64,000 nt of DNA from an uncultured Gemmatimonadales bacterium (GCA_963816355.1 CAWFKH010000003.1:800001-864000); one strand, 5' to 3'. Shown: positions 47,042-58,376, counted from the first letter of the stretch. Notes: a model not told the origin generated them from the sequence alone. Made by a program: numbers and translations.

Positions 47042-48262
47042 TCAGTGGAGCACGGCGATGGCGGAAGCGACGAGCCAGCCGAGGCCGATGATGCCGAGGA
47101 GAGCGTACTCGACGAGGGTCGCCCGCTGCCGTCCCCGCTCCCCGTGGAACCAGGCGACGACGGCGGACGCCGAGACGGCGGCGACCGCGAAGATCACGGT
47201 AAGGAGCTTGGTCTTCGGAGGCAGCATGTCTTCCAGGGCGTCGGCGAGCTGGATGAGACCCGCGCACGCGCCGGCGACCAAGAGGACGACCTGCGGCACG
47301 CGCCGCCGCAGCAGCCTCGTGAGGTCGCTGTCGCCGCCGTCAGCGGATACCGCCGAGCCGGCGGCGGTCGACGCGTGTTGGGGGCCGAGCGCGCGCACCA
47401 CGTCCCTGGCGGAGGGGCGGTGGAGCGGCTCTCGCGCCAGGCACCGCCGCAGGAGGTCGGCGACCGCGGCCGGCACTTCCGGCCGCATCGCGCGAAGGTC
47501 GCGCGGCTCCTGCTGGAGGTGCGCGCGGATCCAGTCGGCGGTGCTGCGCGCCTCGTACGGGCTCTCTCCCGCGAGCAGCTCGTAGCCGAGGACGCCGAAG
47601 AGGTACATGTCCGCCAACTCCGTCGCTTCGCCGCCGGCGAGCTGTTCCGGGCTGAGGTAGTGCGGGTCTCCGATGAGCTGACCGGCCTGCGTGAGCCGCG
47701 GCGCGCCGGGATCGGGGTCGAGCACCGCGGCGATGCCGAAGTCGGTCAGCAGGGCGCGGCCGTTCTCCTCGTCCCACAACACGTTGCCGGGTCGTACGTC
47801 GCGGTGGACGATGCCGTTCGCGTGCGCGGCGGCCAGGGCGGAGGCGACCTCGCGAAGCACGGCGACGCCCTGCGCGACCGGGAGCTTCCCTTCCGCCATC
47901 AGCCGCTCCTCCATCGTGCGTCCCTTCACGTACTGCATGACGAGGAAGGGCGTGCCGTCGGGGAGCTGGCCGAATCGCGTGACCGTGACGGCGTTCGGGT
48001 GCTCGCCGAGCGAGGCCGCCGCGCGCGCCTCCCGCTCGAAGCGCTTGCGCGCCGTGTCGTCGCTCACGCGGCCCGGACGAAGTACCTTCACCGCGACGGA
48101 CACGCCGAGGGCGCGGTCCTTGGCGAGGTACACCGTGGCCATGGAGCCGCGGCCGAGCGGCCGGACGACGTCGTAGTCGGCGCCGAGCGAGGCGCGCACC
48201 TCGTCCAGCGACCGGTGATCGCCCTCGCTGGCGGCGGCGTGCGCGGAAATCGGGTTGTCCAT
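47042..48262 (-). CDS. Atypical Ser/Thr-type kinase K0 with C-terminal three-TM module
   Basis: GRGSMATVY, VAVK, HRDVRPGN, DFG, GDPHYLSPE; C-terminus RRRVPQ...AWFHGERGRQR with three hydrophobic helices. Confidence 0.88.
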   Translation of the reverse strand: MDNPISAHAAASEGDHRSLDEVRASLGADYDVVRPLGRGSMATVYLAKDRALGVSVAVKVLRPGRVSDDTARKRFEREARAAASLGEHPNAVTVTRFGQLPDGTPFLVMQYVKGRTMEERLMAEGKLPVAQGVAVLREVASALAAAHANGIVHRDVRPGNVLWDEENGRALLTDFGIAAVLDPDPGAPRLTQAGQLIGDPHYLSPEQLAGGEATELADMYLFGVLGYELLAGESPYEARSTADWIRAHLQQEPRDLRAMRPEVPAAVADLLRRCLAREPLHRPSARDVVRALGPQHASTAAGSAVSADGGDSDLTRLLRRRVPQVVLLVAGACAGLIQLADALEDMLPPKTKLLTVIFAVAAVSASAVVAWFHGERGRQRATLVEYALLGIIGLGWLVASAIAVLH

Positions 48263-48271
48263 GAGGCCTGT

Positions 48272-48300
48272 AGCTTACGCCGTCGCGGGCGCCGATGAAA
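48272..48300 (-). promoter_or_regulatory. Possible sigma70 promoter of the kinase operon
   Basis: TTTCAT-17 nt-TAAGCT, 9 nt before the K0 ATG, no SD. Confidence 0.35.
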
Positions 48301-48419
48301 GACTTCCGCTCCGCGCCGCCGGCGAGCGTTCTTGCGAATCCCCGGTCCGTTCGCAATCCTCAGCGACGTGCCGTCGGCACGGATCCATCGGGAAATCCAT
48401 CCGTCTCCGAGGAGGGAAG

Positions 48420-48866
48420 ATGAGGAAGAGCTTCCGCATCACCGGTGCGCTGGCCCTGCTCCTCCTGCTGCCCGGTTGCTACCACGCGGTGATCAACACC
48501 GGTCGGCCGGCATCGGGACAGACGATCGAGAAACAGTGGGCGCACAGCTTCCTCTACGGGCTGGTGCCGCCGAACGTGGTGGAGACGGCGTCCGAGTGTC
48601 CGAGCGGCGTCGCCAAGGTCGAGACGCAACACAGCTTCCTCAACATGGTCGCGTACATTCTCACCGGCGGCATCTATTCGCCGATGATGATCACCGTATC
48701 GTGCGCCTCCGAAGCGGGCGGCACCGGCGCGAGCGCCTCCGCCGCGATGCCGTCCGGCGCCTTCGACGCGGACGCCGCGTCGCGCGAAGCCTCGCGGGAG
48801 GCGATGCAGGCGGCGTCGCAGTGGTCGCTGGAGAACGGCGCTCCAGCGTACGTCCGCTTCCGCTAG
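48420..48866 (+). CDS. Bor/Iss-family-like lipoprotein
   Basis: Lipobox LPGC, HSFLYGLVPP, ECPSGVAKVETQHSFLN, TGGIYSP; ATG after GGAGGG. Confidence 0.75.
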   Translation: MRKSFRITGALALLLLLPGCYHAVINTGRPASGQTIEKQWAHSFLYGLVPPNVVETASECPSGVAKVETQHSFLNMVAYILTGGIYSPMMITVSCASEAGGTGASASAAMPSGAFDADAASREASREAMQAASQWSLENGAPAYVRFR

Positions 48867-49031
48867 CCGCATCCGGAGCGGGCCGCGGGCCGCGGCCGTC
48901 CCGGCAGCTCGGCCCGGAGCGCGCGGGTGGACCCTCACCCGGCGCGCTCCGGGCGCCGTCGAGGGAACCCACCCGCGTCCGCCCGGTAGCATCGAGCGCA
49001 GTCGCACCGAACCCTCGCACCCCTGGATCCC

Positions 49032-51092
49032 ATGCCCACTGGAATGCTCCGTGCCGGCCGCGTCGCCGGCGTATCGTTGCTCGCGCTCGCGCTCGCGGCG
49101 CCGCTCGCGGCACAGGCGCCCGCGGCCCGTGCGCAGGCCTCCCCGACGCTCGGCGTCGACACGACCCACTTCGACCACGGTGTCCGCCCGCAGGACGACT
49201 TCTACCGCTTCGTCAACGGCGGCTGGCTGAAGGAGACGCAGATCCCGGCCGACCGCTCGCGCTACGGCAGCTTCGACGCGTTGTCGGACGAGAGCGAGGT
49301 CGCCGTGCGCCAGATCGTCGAGTCCGCGGCCGCCGCGCAGGACCGCGCGCCGGGCAGCGACCTTCAGAAGGTGGGCGATCTCTACCGCAGCTACATGGAC
49401 ACGGCGCGCATCGAGGCGGCGGGCCTGACGCCGGTGCGGCCGGAGCTCGAGCGCATCGCGGCGCTGAAGGACCGCTCGCAGCTGCCGGAGCTGTTCGCGG
49501 CGCTGGCGATGGAGGGCGTCTCCACGCCGTTCGGCTTCTTCGTGACGCAGGACCAGAAGCAGGCGACGCGCTACATCGCCTACGTCAGCCAGAGCGGGCT
49601 GGGCCTCCCGGATCGCGACTACTACCTGAAGACGGAGCCGAATTTCGAGAAGATCCGCTCCGCCTACGCCGACTACATTGACCGCCTCTTCCGCCTCGCC
49701 GGTGAGGACGCGACGGACGCGTCGAAGACGGTGATCGCACTGGAGACGCGCCTCGCCGCAAAGCAGTGGGAGCGCGCGCGCAATCGCGACCGGGAGGCGA
49801 CCTACAACCGCATGAGCGTGGCCGCCCTCGACTCGCTCACGCCGAACTTCTCCTGGCCCCGCTTCATCGATGCTGCCGGCGCGTCGAAGACGCCCGGCGT
49901 CGTCGTGCGGCAGCCGGACTACGTCGCCGCGGCGGATTCGATTCTGGCGACGACGCCACTGCCGGCGCTCCAGACCTATCTCACCTTCAAGGTCCTGGAC
50001 GACGCCGCATCCTTCCTGAGCAGCCCGTTCGCGGAAGCGCGCTTCGACTTCCGCGGGAAGGTGCTCTCGGGGCAGCAGGAGGAGCGTCCGCGCTGGAAGC
50101 GGGGTGTGGGCGTCGTGGACGGCATCCTCGGCGAGGCGACCGGCCGGCTGTACGTGGAGAAGCACTTCACGCCCGCGCAGAAGGCGCGCATGAAGGCGCT
50201 CGTCTCGAACCTCCTCGACGCCTTCCACGAGGGGATCGAGCAGCTCACCTGGATGAGCCCCCAGACCAAGGAGCAGGCGCAGGCGAAGCTGGCCAAGTTC
50301 ACCGTCAAGATCGGTTATCCGGACAAGTGGGAGGACTACTCGAAGCTGCGCATCACGGGCGACGACCTCTTCGGCAACCTGCGCCGCGCGAGTGCATTCG
50401 GCTGGCAGCGCATGGTCGACCGACTCGGCGGCCCGATCGATCGCCAGCAGTGGGGAATGACGCCGCAGACGGTGAACGCGTACTACAATCCGTCGATGAA
50501 CGAGATCGTCTTCCCGGCGGCGATCCTGCAGCCGCCCTTCTTCAACCCGGATGCCGACGACGCGGTCAACTACGGCGCGATCGGCGCCGTGATCGGCCAC
50601 GAGATCAGCCACGGCTTCGACGACCAGGGCGCCCGCTCCGACGGCGACGGCAACCTCCGCAACTGGTGGACCGACGCGGACCAGCGCGAGTTCAAGGCGC
50701 GCACCGACGCGCTCGCGGCACAGTACAGCGCCTTCGAGCCGATGGAGGGACAGCACATCAACGGACGCCTGACGCTCGGCGAGAACATCGGCGACCTGAG
50801 CGGCCTCACCATCGCCTACAAGGCGTACAAGCGCTCGCTGAACGGCAAGGCCGCTCCGGTGATCGACGGCTACACCGCCGATCAGCGCTTCTTCCTCGGC
50901 TGGGCGCAGATCTGGCGCAGCCTGTATCGCGACGAGGCGCTGCGCCAGCAATTGATGACGAATCCGCACTCGCCCGGCGAGTACCGCACCGACGGCGTGC
51001 TGCGCAACATGCCGGAGTTCTACGCCGCCTTCGACGTCCAGCCGGGCGACGGCATGTACCTCGCGCCCGACCAGCGCGTCAAGATCTGGTGA
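49032..51092 (+). CDS. M13-family (neprilysin/PepO-like) zinc metallopeptidase
   Basis: Signal peptide, PQDDFYRFVNG, VNAYY, GHEISHGFDDQG, GENIGD, HSPGEYR. Confidence 0.95.
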   Translation: MPTGMLRAGRVAGVSLLALALAAPLAAQAPAARAQASPTLGVDTTHFDHGVRPQDDFYRFVNGGWLKETQIPADRSRYGSFDALSDESEVAVRQIVESAAAAQDRAPGSDLQKVGDLYRSYMDTARIEAAGLTPVRPELERIAALKDRSQLPELFAALAMEGVSTPFGFFVTQDQKQATRYIAYVSQSGLGLPDRDYYLKTEPNFEKIRSAYADYIDRLFRLAGEDATDASKTVIALETRLAAKQWERARNRDREATYNRMSVAALDSLTPNFSWPRFIDAAGASKTPGVVVRQPDYVAAADSILATTPLPALQTYLTFKVLDDAASFLSSPFAEARFDFRGKVLSGQQEERPRWKRGVGVVDGILGEATGRLYVEKHFTPAQKARMKALVSNLLDAFHEGIEQLTWMSPQTKEQAQAKLAKFTVKIGYPDKWEDYSKLRITGDDLFGNLRRASAFGWQRMVDRLGGPIDRQQWGMTPQTVNAYYNPSMNEIVFPAAILQPPFFNPDADDAVNYGAIGAVIGHEISHGFDDQGARSDGDGNLRNWWTDADQREFKARTDALAAQYSAFEPMEGQHINGRLTLGENIGDLSGLTIAYKAYKRSLNGKAAPVIDGYTADQRFFLGWAQIWRSLYRDEALRQQLMTNPHSPGEYRTDGVLRNMPEFYAAFDVQPGDGMYLAPDQRVKIW

Positions 51093-51150
51093 ACCGCGGC
51101 GGCCCGGGCCGCGCATGGCCCGGGCCCGCCCGCCGCGGTAGCTTGGCCGC

Positions 51151-51504
51151 ATGGAAGACTTCGTGCGGCTATTCGCCGTTTTCGGCTTCATCGCGCTGCT
51201 GCGGCGGGCGGGGCGCGCGGCGGTCGCGGTGCTCCGGCGCGGCGTCGACTCCTTCCTCTCACGCGAGACCGCGGATGTGCGCGCCCGGCGCGGTGACCTC
51301 ACCGGCCTCGCGGAGGCGGAGGAGACGAGCCGCCGGGCGCGCGGCGCTCGCCTGCGCGCCGGCGGCGCGCTGCTCTTCTGGCTCGCGCTGCTCGCGATAC
51401 CTCCCCTGATTGACATGGCCACGACGATCTACGCCGTTTGCGCGATGCTCTGGCTCGCCCCGCCGCTGCGCCTCCGGGGCGGCCGGCCCGGGTCGGCCGA
51501 TTGA
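51151..51504 (+). CDS. Hypothetical membrane protein
   Basis: Hydrophobic segments at both ends; stop overlaps the rnz ATG. Confidence 0.6.
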   Translation: MEDFVRLFAVFGFIALLRRAGRAAVAVLRRGVDSFLSRETADVRARRGDLTGLAEAEETSRRARGARLRAGGALLFWLALLAIPPLIDMATTIYAVCAMLWLAPPLRLRGGRPGSAD

Positions 51505-52421
51505 TGCGGCTCACATTCCTCGGCACGGCGGCGAGCCGGCCGACGGTGGGGCGCAACGTGAGCGCGCTCGTCCTCAACCGCGAAGGGGAGCTCCTTCTCT
51601 TCGACTGCGGCGAGGGGACGCAGCGGCAGATGATGCGCTACGGAACGGGCTTCTCCGTTCACGACATCTTCTTCACGCACCTGCACGCGGACCACTTTCT
51701 CGGCGTGATCGGGCTGCTCCGCACGATGGGCCTGCAGGGCCGCGAGGAGGTGATGCGCCTGTGGGCGCCGGAGGGCGGGGCGCGCATCCTTCGCGAAGCG
51801 GTTCACCTGGGCGTCGAGCGCGTTCCGTTCGGCATCGAGATCTTCGAGCTGCGGCCCGGAGAGAAGGTCGAGCGCGCGGAATACGACATCGTCCCCTACG
51901 CCACACGGCACGGCGGCGGCTCGATCGGCTTCGCCCTCGTCGAGCACGAGCGCCTCGGCCGCTTCCACCCCGAGCGCGCCCGCGAGCTCGGCGTCCCCGA
52001 GGGTCCCGCCTGGGGCCGGCTGCATCGCGGTGAGCCGGTCGTCGTGGGGGAGCGGACCGTCCGACCGGAGGACGTCGTCGGCCCCTCGCGCCGCGGCCGC
52101 CGCGTCGTATACACCGGCGACACCCGCCCCTGCGCGGAGACGGTCGAGGCCGCCGCGGGCGCCGACCTGCTCGTCCACGACGCCACCTTCGCCGACGAAG
52201 AAGCGCCGCGCGCCCGGGCCACGGGCCATTCCACGGCCCGCGAAGCGGCGAGCGTCGCCCGCCGAGCGCGCGCCGGCCGCCTCGTGCTGACGCACATCTC
52301 GTCGCGCTACGCGGACGATCCGCGCGGCCTCGAGCGCGAGGCGCGAGGCGTATTCCGCCGCACCGTCGTCGCGCACGACGGCATGGAGATCGACATCCCC
52401 TTTCCCGTCGAGCCTTCCTGA
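51504..52421 (+). CDS. rnz: Ribonuclease Z
   Basis: LTFLGT, DCGEGTQRQ, THLHADH, exosite GVPEGP, GDTRPC, GHST, THISSRY. Confidence 0.96.
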   Translation: MRLTFLGTAASRPTVGRNVSALVLNREGELLLFDCGEGTQRQMMRYGTGFSVHDIFFTHLHADHFLGVIGLLRTMGLQGREEVMRLWAPEGGARILREAVHLGVERVPFGIEIFELRPGEKVERAEYDIVPYATRHGGGSIGFALVEHERLGRFHPERARELGVPEGPAWGRLHRGEPVVVGERTVRPEDVVGPSRRGRRVVYTGDTRPCAETVEAAAGADLLVHDATFADEEAPRARATGHSTAREAASVARRARAGRLVLTHISSRYADDPRGLEREARGVFRRTVVAHDGMEIDIPFPVEPS

Positions 52422-53689
52422 TGGGTTCCACGGCGACGCGCGTGCCCGGCGACAAGTCGATCTCTCACCGCGCCCTGATCCTCGGCGCGCTCGCGAGCGG
52501 CACGAGCCGCGTGCGCGGCATCCTCACCGGCGACGACGTCCGCTCGACCGCCCGCGTCCTCGCCGGCCTCGGCGTCGCCATCACCACCCTCGATGGCGAC
52601 GAAGTGCGCGTCGAGGGACGCGGCCTGCGCGCCCTCGCGGCGCCCGCGTCGCCACTCGACTGCGGCAACAGCGGAACGACCGCGCGGCTGATGCTGGGCG
52701 TCCTCGCCGCGCAGCCGATCGACGCGATCCTCACCGGTGACGCCTCGCTGCGGAGCCGGCCGATGCGGCGCGTGACGACGCCGCTCGCCGCGATGGGCGC
52801 GAGCTACGAGGAGCTCGGCGAGGGGGACCGCCTCCCGATCCGGATCCGCGGCGCAGCCCTGCGGGCGCGCGACTACGCGAGTCCGCGCGCCAGCGCACAG
52901 GTGAAGAGCGCGCTCCTCCTCGCCGGGGCGTGCGCGGGAGTGGAGGTGGGCGTGCGCGAGCCGGTCCGCTCCCGCGACCATACCGAGCGCATGCTGGCGG
53001 CGCTCGGCGCGCGCATCGACCGCGGGCCGGAATGGATCCGCCTGCTTCCACCCGAGCGCCTCGATCCGCTCGACATCGACGTGCCGGGCGACTTCTCTTC
53101 CGCCGCGTTCCTGCTCGCGCTCGCGTTGCTGCGCGGCGTGCCGCTCCGCGTCGAAGCGGTCGGCGTCAACCCGACCCGCACCGGTCTGCTCGGCGTTCTC
53201 GCGCGCATGGGCGCCCGCGTCGCCACCGAGCGCCCGGCGGCCTACGCCGGCGAGCCGGTGGCCGACCTCGTCGTCCAGCCCGCCTCGCTGCGCGCCACCA
53301 CCGTGACGGGCAACGACATCCCCGCCCTCGTCGACGAGGTCCCGATCCTCGCCATTCTCGCCGCCCGAGCGGAGGGAGAGACCCGCATCACCGGGGCGGC
53401 GGAGCTGCGCGTCAAGGAGTCGGACCGCCTCGCGGTGCTCGCCGCGGGTCTGCGGCGCGTGGGCGTCGCGGCGGAGGAGCTGGAGGATGGCCTCGTCGTG
53501 GTCGGCACGGACGCGCCGCTGCGCGGGCGCGTCGAGACGCACGCGGATCACCGCATCGCGATGGCCTTCGGCGTCCTCGGCGCCTCGCCCGGCTGCGAGA
53601 TCGCCGTCGACGATCCCGCCGCCGCAGCCGTGAGCTACCCCGGCTTCTGGGATCGGCTGGCGGTGCTGGGCGCGGCGGCGGGACGGTGA
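52421..53689 (+). CDS. aroA: 3-phosphoshikimate 1-carboxyvinyltransferase
   Basis: PGDKSISHR, CGNSGTT, SAQVKS, RDHTE, RVKESDR, DHRIAM. Confidence 0.97.
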   Translation: MGSTATRVPGDKSISHRALILGALASGTSRVRGILTGDDVRSTARVLAGLGVAITTLDGDEVRVEGRGLRALAAPASPLDCGNSGTTARLMLGVLAAQPIDAILTGDASLRSRPMRRVTTPLAAMGASYEELGEGDRLPIRIRGAALRARDYASPRASAQVKSALLLAGACAGVEVGVREPVRSRDHTERMLAALGARIDRGPEWIRLLPPERLDPLDIDVPGDFSSAAFLLALALLRGVPLRVEAVGVNPTRTGLLGVLARMGARVATERPAAYAGEPVADLVVQPASLRATTVTGNDIPALVDEVPILAILAARAEGETRITGAAELRVKESDRLAVLAAGLRRVGVAAEELEDGLVVVGTDAPLRGRVETHADHRIAMAFGVLGASPGCEIAVDDPAAAAVSYPGFWDRLAVLGAAAGR

Positions 53690-53747
53690 CGGCGGCGGCG
53701 GCGGCCCGAGCGGGATCGGCGGCGCCGGGTGCCGCGGGCGTGGCTCC

Positions 53748-54416
53748 ATGATCGTCGCGATCGACGGGCCCGCCGGCTCCGGCAAGAGCTCCACCGCGCG
53801 CGCGGTCGCCCGACGCCTCGGCTTCCACCACCTCGATTCCGGCGCCCTCTACCGCGCCGCCACGTGGGCGGCGCTGCAGCACGGCGTGCCCGAGAGGGAG
53901 TGGGACGAGCTCGACGGCGCGACTCTCGACCGATTCGAACTGCGCGCCGCTTTCGTCGGCGACGCCGTGCGCGTGTGGTGCGGCGAGCGCGAGATCACGC
54001 GAGAGATCCGCGCTCCCGATGTCACCGCCCACGTCTCGGGCGTCGCCGCGATCGCCGCCGTCCGCGACTGGGTCAACGCGCGGCTGCGCGCCATCGCCGC
54101 TTCGACCGACGTCGTCACCGAGGGCCGCGACATCGGCACGGTCGTCTTTCCCGACGCGGACCTGAAGGTCTTTCTCGTCGCGGACCCGGAGGCGCGCGCG
54201 CGGCGGCGGCTGCGCGAGCACGGCGTGGATTCGCCGACTCCCGCCGAGCTGCGCGCCGAGATCGGCCGCCTCGCCACGCGCGACCGTCTCGACTCCGAGC
54301 GCGCCGTCGCGCCGCTTCGCCGCCCCCGGGACGCCGTGGTCGTGGACACCACGCGGCTCGGCTTCGAGGAGCAGGTCGAGCGCATTGTACGGCTGGCGCG
54401 GGAGAAGGCGTCCTGA
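53748..54416 (+). CDS. cmk: Cytidylate kinase
   Basis: AIDGPAGSGKSS, DSGALYR, EGRDIGTVVFP. Confidence 0.97.
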   Translation: MIVAIDGPAGSGKSSTARAVARRLGFHHLDSGALYRAATWAALQHGVPEREWDELDGATLDRFELRAAFVGDAVRVWCGEREITREIRAPDVTAHVSGVAAIAAVRDWVNARLRAIAASTDVVTEGRDIGTVVFPDADLKVFLVADPEARARRRLREHGVDSPTPAELRAEIGRLATRDRLDSERAVAPLRRPRDAVVVDTTRLGFEEQVERIVRLAREKAS

Positions 54417-54546
54417 TACCATTATGGGTTCCCCTCGCGACGTCGCGGGGGGCGTTCATTCGCGGGCGCGCGACGCTCGCGGAACATTCACTCAACCGGT
54501 CGTCGGCCACGGGGGTCGGCGGCGCGAAGCGGAGGAACTCCAGCCC

Positions 54547-56671
54547 ATGGCGGAAAGCCAGATCGAGCAGCAGAAGGAGCAGGTCGAAGCGCTGAACACG
54601 ATGGCGACGACCGAGCTGACGCAGGAGGAGCTCGCGGAGCAGGCGCGCGAGGTTGGCGTGCGGGCGGACCTCTACGACGAGGAGTACTCCCCGGAGGAGT
54701 ACCAGGCGATGCTCGAGATGTACGAGGGCACGCTGACCAACGTCGAGGAGGGGCAGATCGTCAAGGCGCACGTGCTGCGCGTGACGGACAACGCGGTGAT
54801 CCTCGACGTCGGCTTCAAGAGCGAAGGCGCGGTGCCGCGCGACGAGTTCAAGAATCCGGACGAGCTGAGCGCGGGCGACGAGGTCGAGGTTTTCCTGGAG
54901 GCGCTGGAGGACGACGAGGGCGTCGTCGTCCTTTCGAAGAAGAAGGCGGATTTCCTGCGCGTGTGGGAGAAGATCAAGGCCGCCCACGAAGAGGACGACG
55001 TGGTGCCGGGCACGCTCATGCGCAAGATCAAGGGCGGCGTGACGGTGGATCTGATGGGCGTGGACGCGTTCCTACCGGGATCGCAGATCGCGCTGCGTCG
55101 CGTACCGAACATCGAGGACCTGATCGGCCAGACGTACGATTTCAAGATCATCAAGCTGAACAAGCGCCGCCGCAACATCGTGGTGAGCCGGCGCGTGATC
55201 CTCGAGGGCGAGCGGGAGAAGAAGCGGGAGCAGTTGGTGAAGGAGCTGCTGGTCGGTCAGGTGCGCAAGGGGATCGTGAAGAACGTGACCGACTTCGGCG
55301 CCTTCATCGACCTCGGCGGCATGGACGGCCTGCTGCACATCACCGACATGAGCTGGGGCCGTGTCGGTCATCCCTCCGAGGTCGTGTCGATCGGTGACGA
55401 GCTGGACGTGAAGGTGCTCGACATCGACTGGGACCGCGAGCGCATCTCGCTGGGGCTGAAGCAGCTTCTGCCCTATCCGTGGAAGGACATCGAGCGCAAG
55501 TACCCGGTCGGCTCGCGCGTGCGCGGCCGCGTCGTCTCGATCACGAACTACGGCGCTTTCGTCGAGCTCGAGAAGGGCGTCGAGGGCCTCGTCCACGTCT
55601 CCGAGATGTCGTGGACGCGCAACGTCCGCCATCCGTCGCAGATGGTGGCGATCGGCGACGAGATCGAGGCGGTCGTCCTCAGCGTGGACCGGGACGAGGA
55701 GAAGATCTCCCTCGGCATGAAGCAGACGGAGGAGGACCCGTGGCTCGCGCTGCCGGTGAAGTATCCCACCGGCACCCGCGTCAACGGGAAGGTCCGCAAC
55801 CTCACCTCGTTCGGCGCGTTCGTCGAGATCGAGCCGGGCATCGACGGCCTCATCCACATCTCCGACATGAGCTGGACGCGCCGCGTGCAGCACCCCTCCG
55901 AAGTCCTGCGCAAGGGAGAGGACGTCGAGGTGGTGGTGCTGGGCGTCGACGCGGAGAACAAGCGGATCTCGCTCGGGCTGAAGCAGACGCAGGAAGACCC
56001 GTGGTACCACCTCGTCAAGGAATACGCGCCCGGTGTCGACGCGGAGGGCACCATCGTGCGCGTGCTGGACGACGGCGTCGTCGTCGATCTCGGCGACGAG
56101 GTCGAGGGCTTCGTACCGGCGAGCCAGCTCGGCGCCGATGGCAAGGCGCCCGCCGATCGCTTCGGCGAGGGCATGAGCCTCAAGATGCGCGTCATCGAGT
56201 CCGACGCGGTCAACCGCCGTATCGTGCTCACGCTGACGGAGATGCCCGAGGGGCTCCCGGAGCCGCGCGCCGAGGCAGCCGAGCAATCAGCGGAGGCGGA
56301 AGCCGAAGCGCCGGCCGAGGAGGCTGAAGCAGAGGCAGAGCCTTCGGTGGCGGAGGCGGAAGCCGAAGCGCCGGCCGAGGAGGCGGAAGCGGAGGCCGAG
56401 CCCGCGGTAGCGGAGGCGGAAGCCGAAGCGCCGGCCGAGGAGGCGGAAGCGGAGGCCGAGCCCGTGGTGGCGGAGGCGGAGGCCGAAGCGCCGCCCGAGG
56501 AGGCCGAAGCGGAGGCCGAGCCCGCGGTGGTGGAGGCGGAGGCCGAAGCGCCGGCCGCGTGAAGCCGAAGCGAAGGCCGAGCCCGCGGTGGCGGAGGCGG
56601 AGGCCGAAGCGCCGGCCGAGGAGGCCGAAGCGGAGCCCGAGGAGGAGGGGGAGCGACAGCCCTCGACTTGA
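54547..56671 (+). CDS. rpsA: 30S ribosomal protein S1 with acidic repeat tail (stop at 56562 as written; +1 insertion at ~56560)
   Basis: Six S1 domains ([30 protein letters not shown]). The tail repeat continues past 56562 to TGA 56671 if T56560 is removed. Confidence 0.95.
56290..56640 (+). repeat. Tandem 60-nt repeat, about 5.8 copies, encoding [20 protein letters not shown]
   Basis: Units start at 56290, 56350, 56410, 56470, 56530 (61 nt) and 56591 (partial). Confidence 0.95.
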
Positions 56672-56692
56672 CGGGCGAGGACGGCTGGAGCG

Positions 56693-56729
56693 GGGACGGG
56701 GCGCGGCGAGGCCGTGCCCCGTCCCTTTT
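56693..56729 (+). terminator. Rho-independent terminator after rpsA
   Basis: GGGACGGGGCGCGGC-GAG-GCCGTGCCCCGTCCC-TTTT. Confidence 0.8.
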
Positions 56730-56825
56730 GTCGCCCGGATCGCCCGGGTATCTTGCCGAGCTTGCCGGAGGGAGCGTGCCGGAGGGCGCGGAGGCGGAAA
56801 CGGGACGGCGGAGGACGTCAGGACG

Positions 56826-58376
<1,551 letters not shown>

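Noticed and set aside
30824..48900. Integrative island or prophage at tRNA-Leu
   Set aside because: I found no integrase, transposase or phage gene and no duplicated tRNA 3' end at the far side
54431..54452. Palindromic hairpin in the rpsA leader as a regulatory RNA
   Set aside because: A single GC-rich stem is not distinguishable from background without comparative data
56290..56640. CRISPR array
   Set aside because: Contiguous in-frame tandem units with no unique spacers and no cas genes
56559..56825. Basic N-terminal extension on pccB
   Set aside because: It is an off-frame reading of the rpsA repeat and crosses a terminator; ATG 56826 has an RBS
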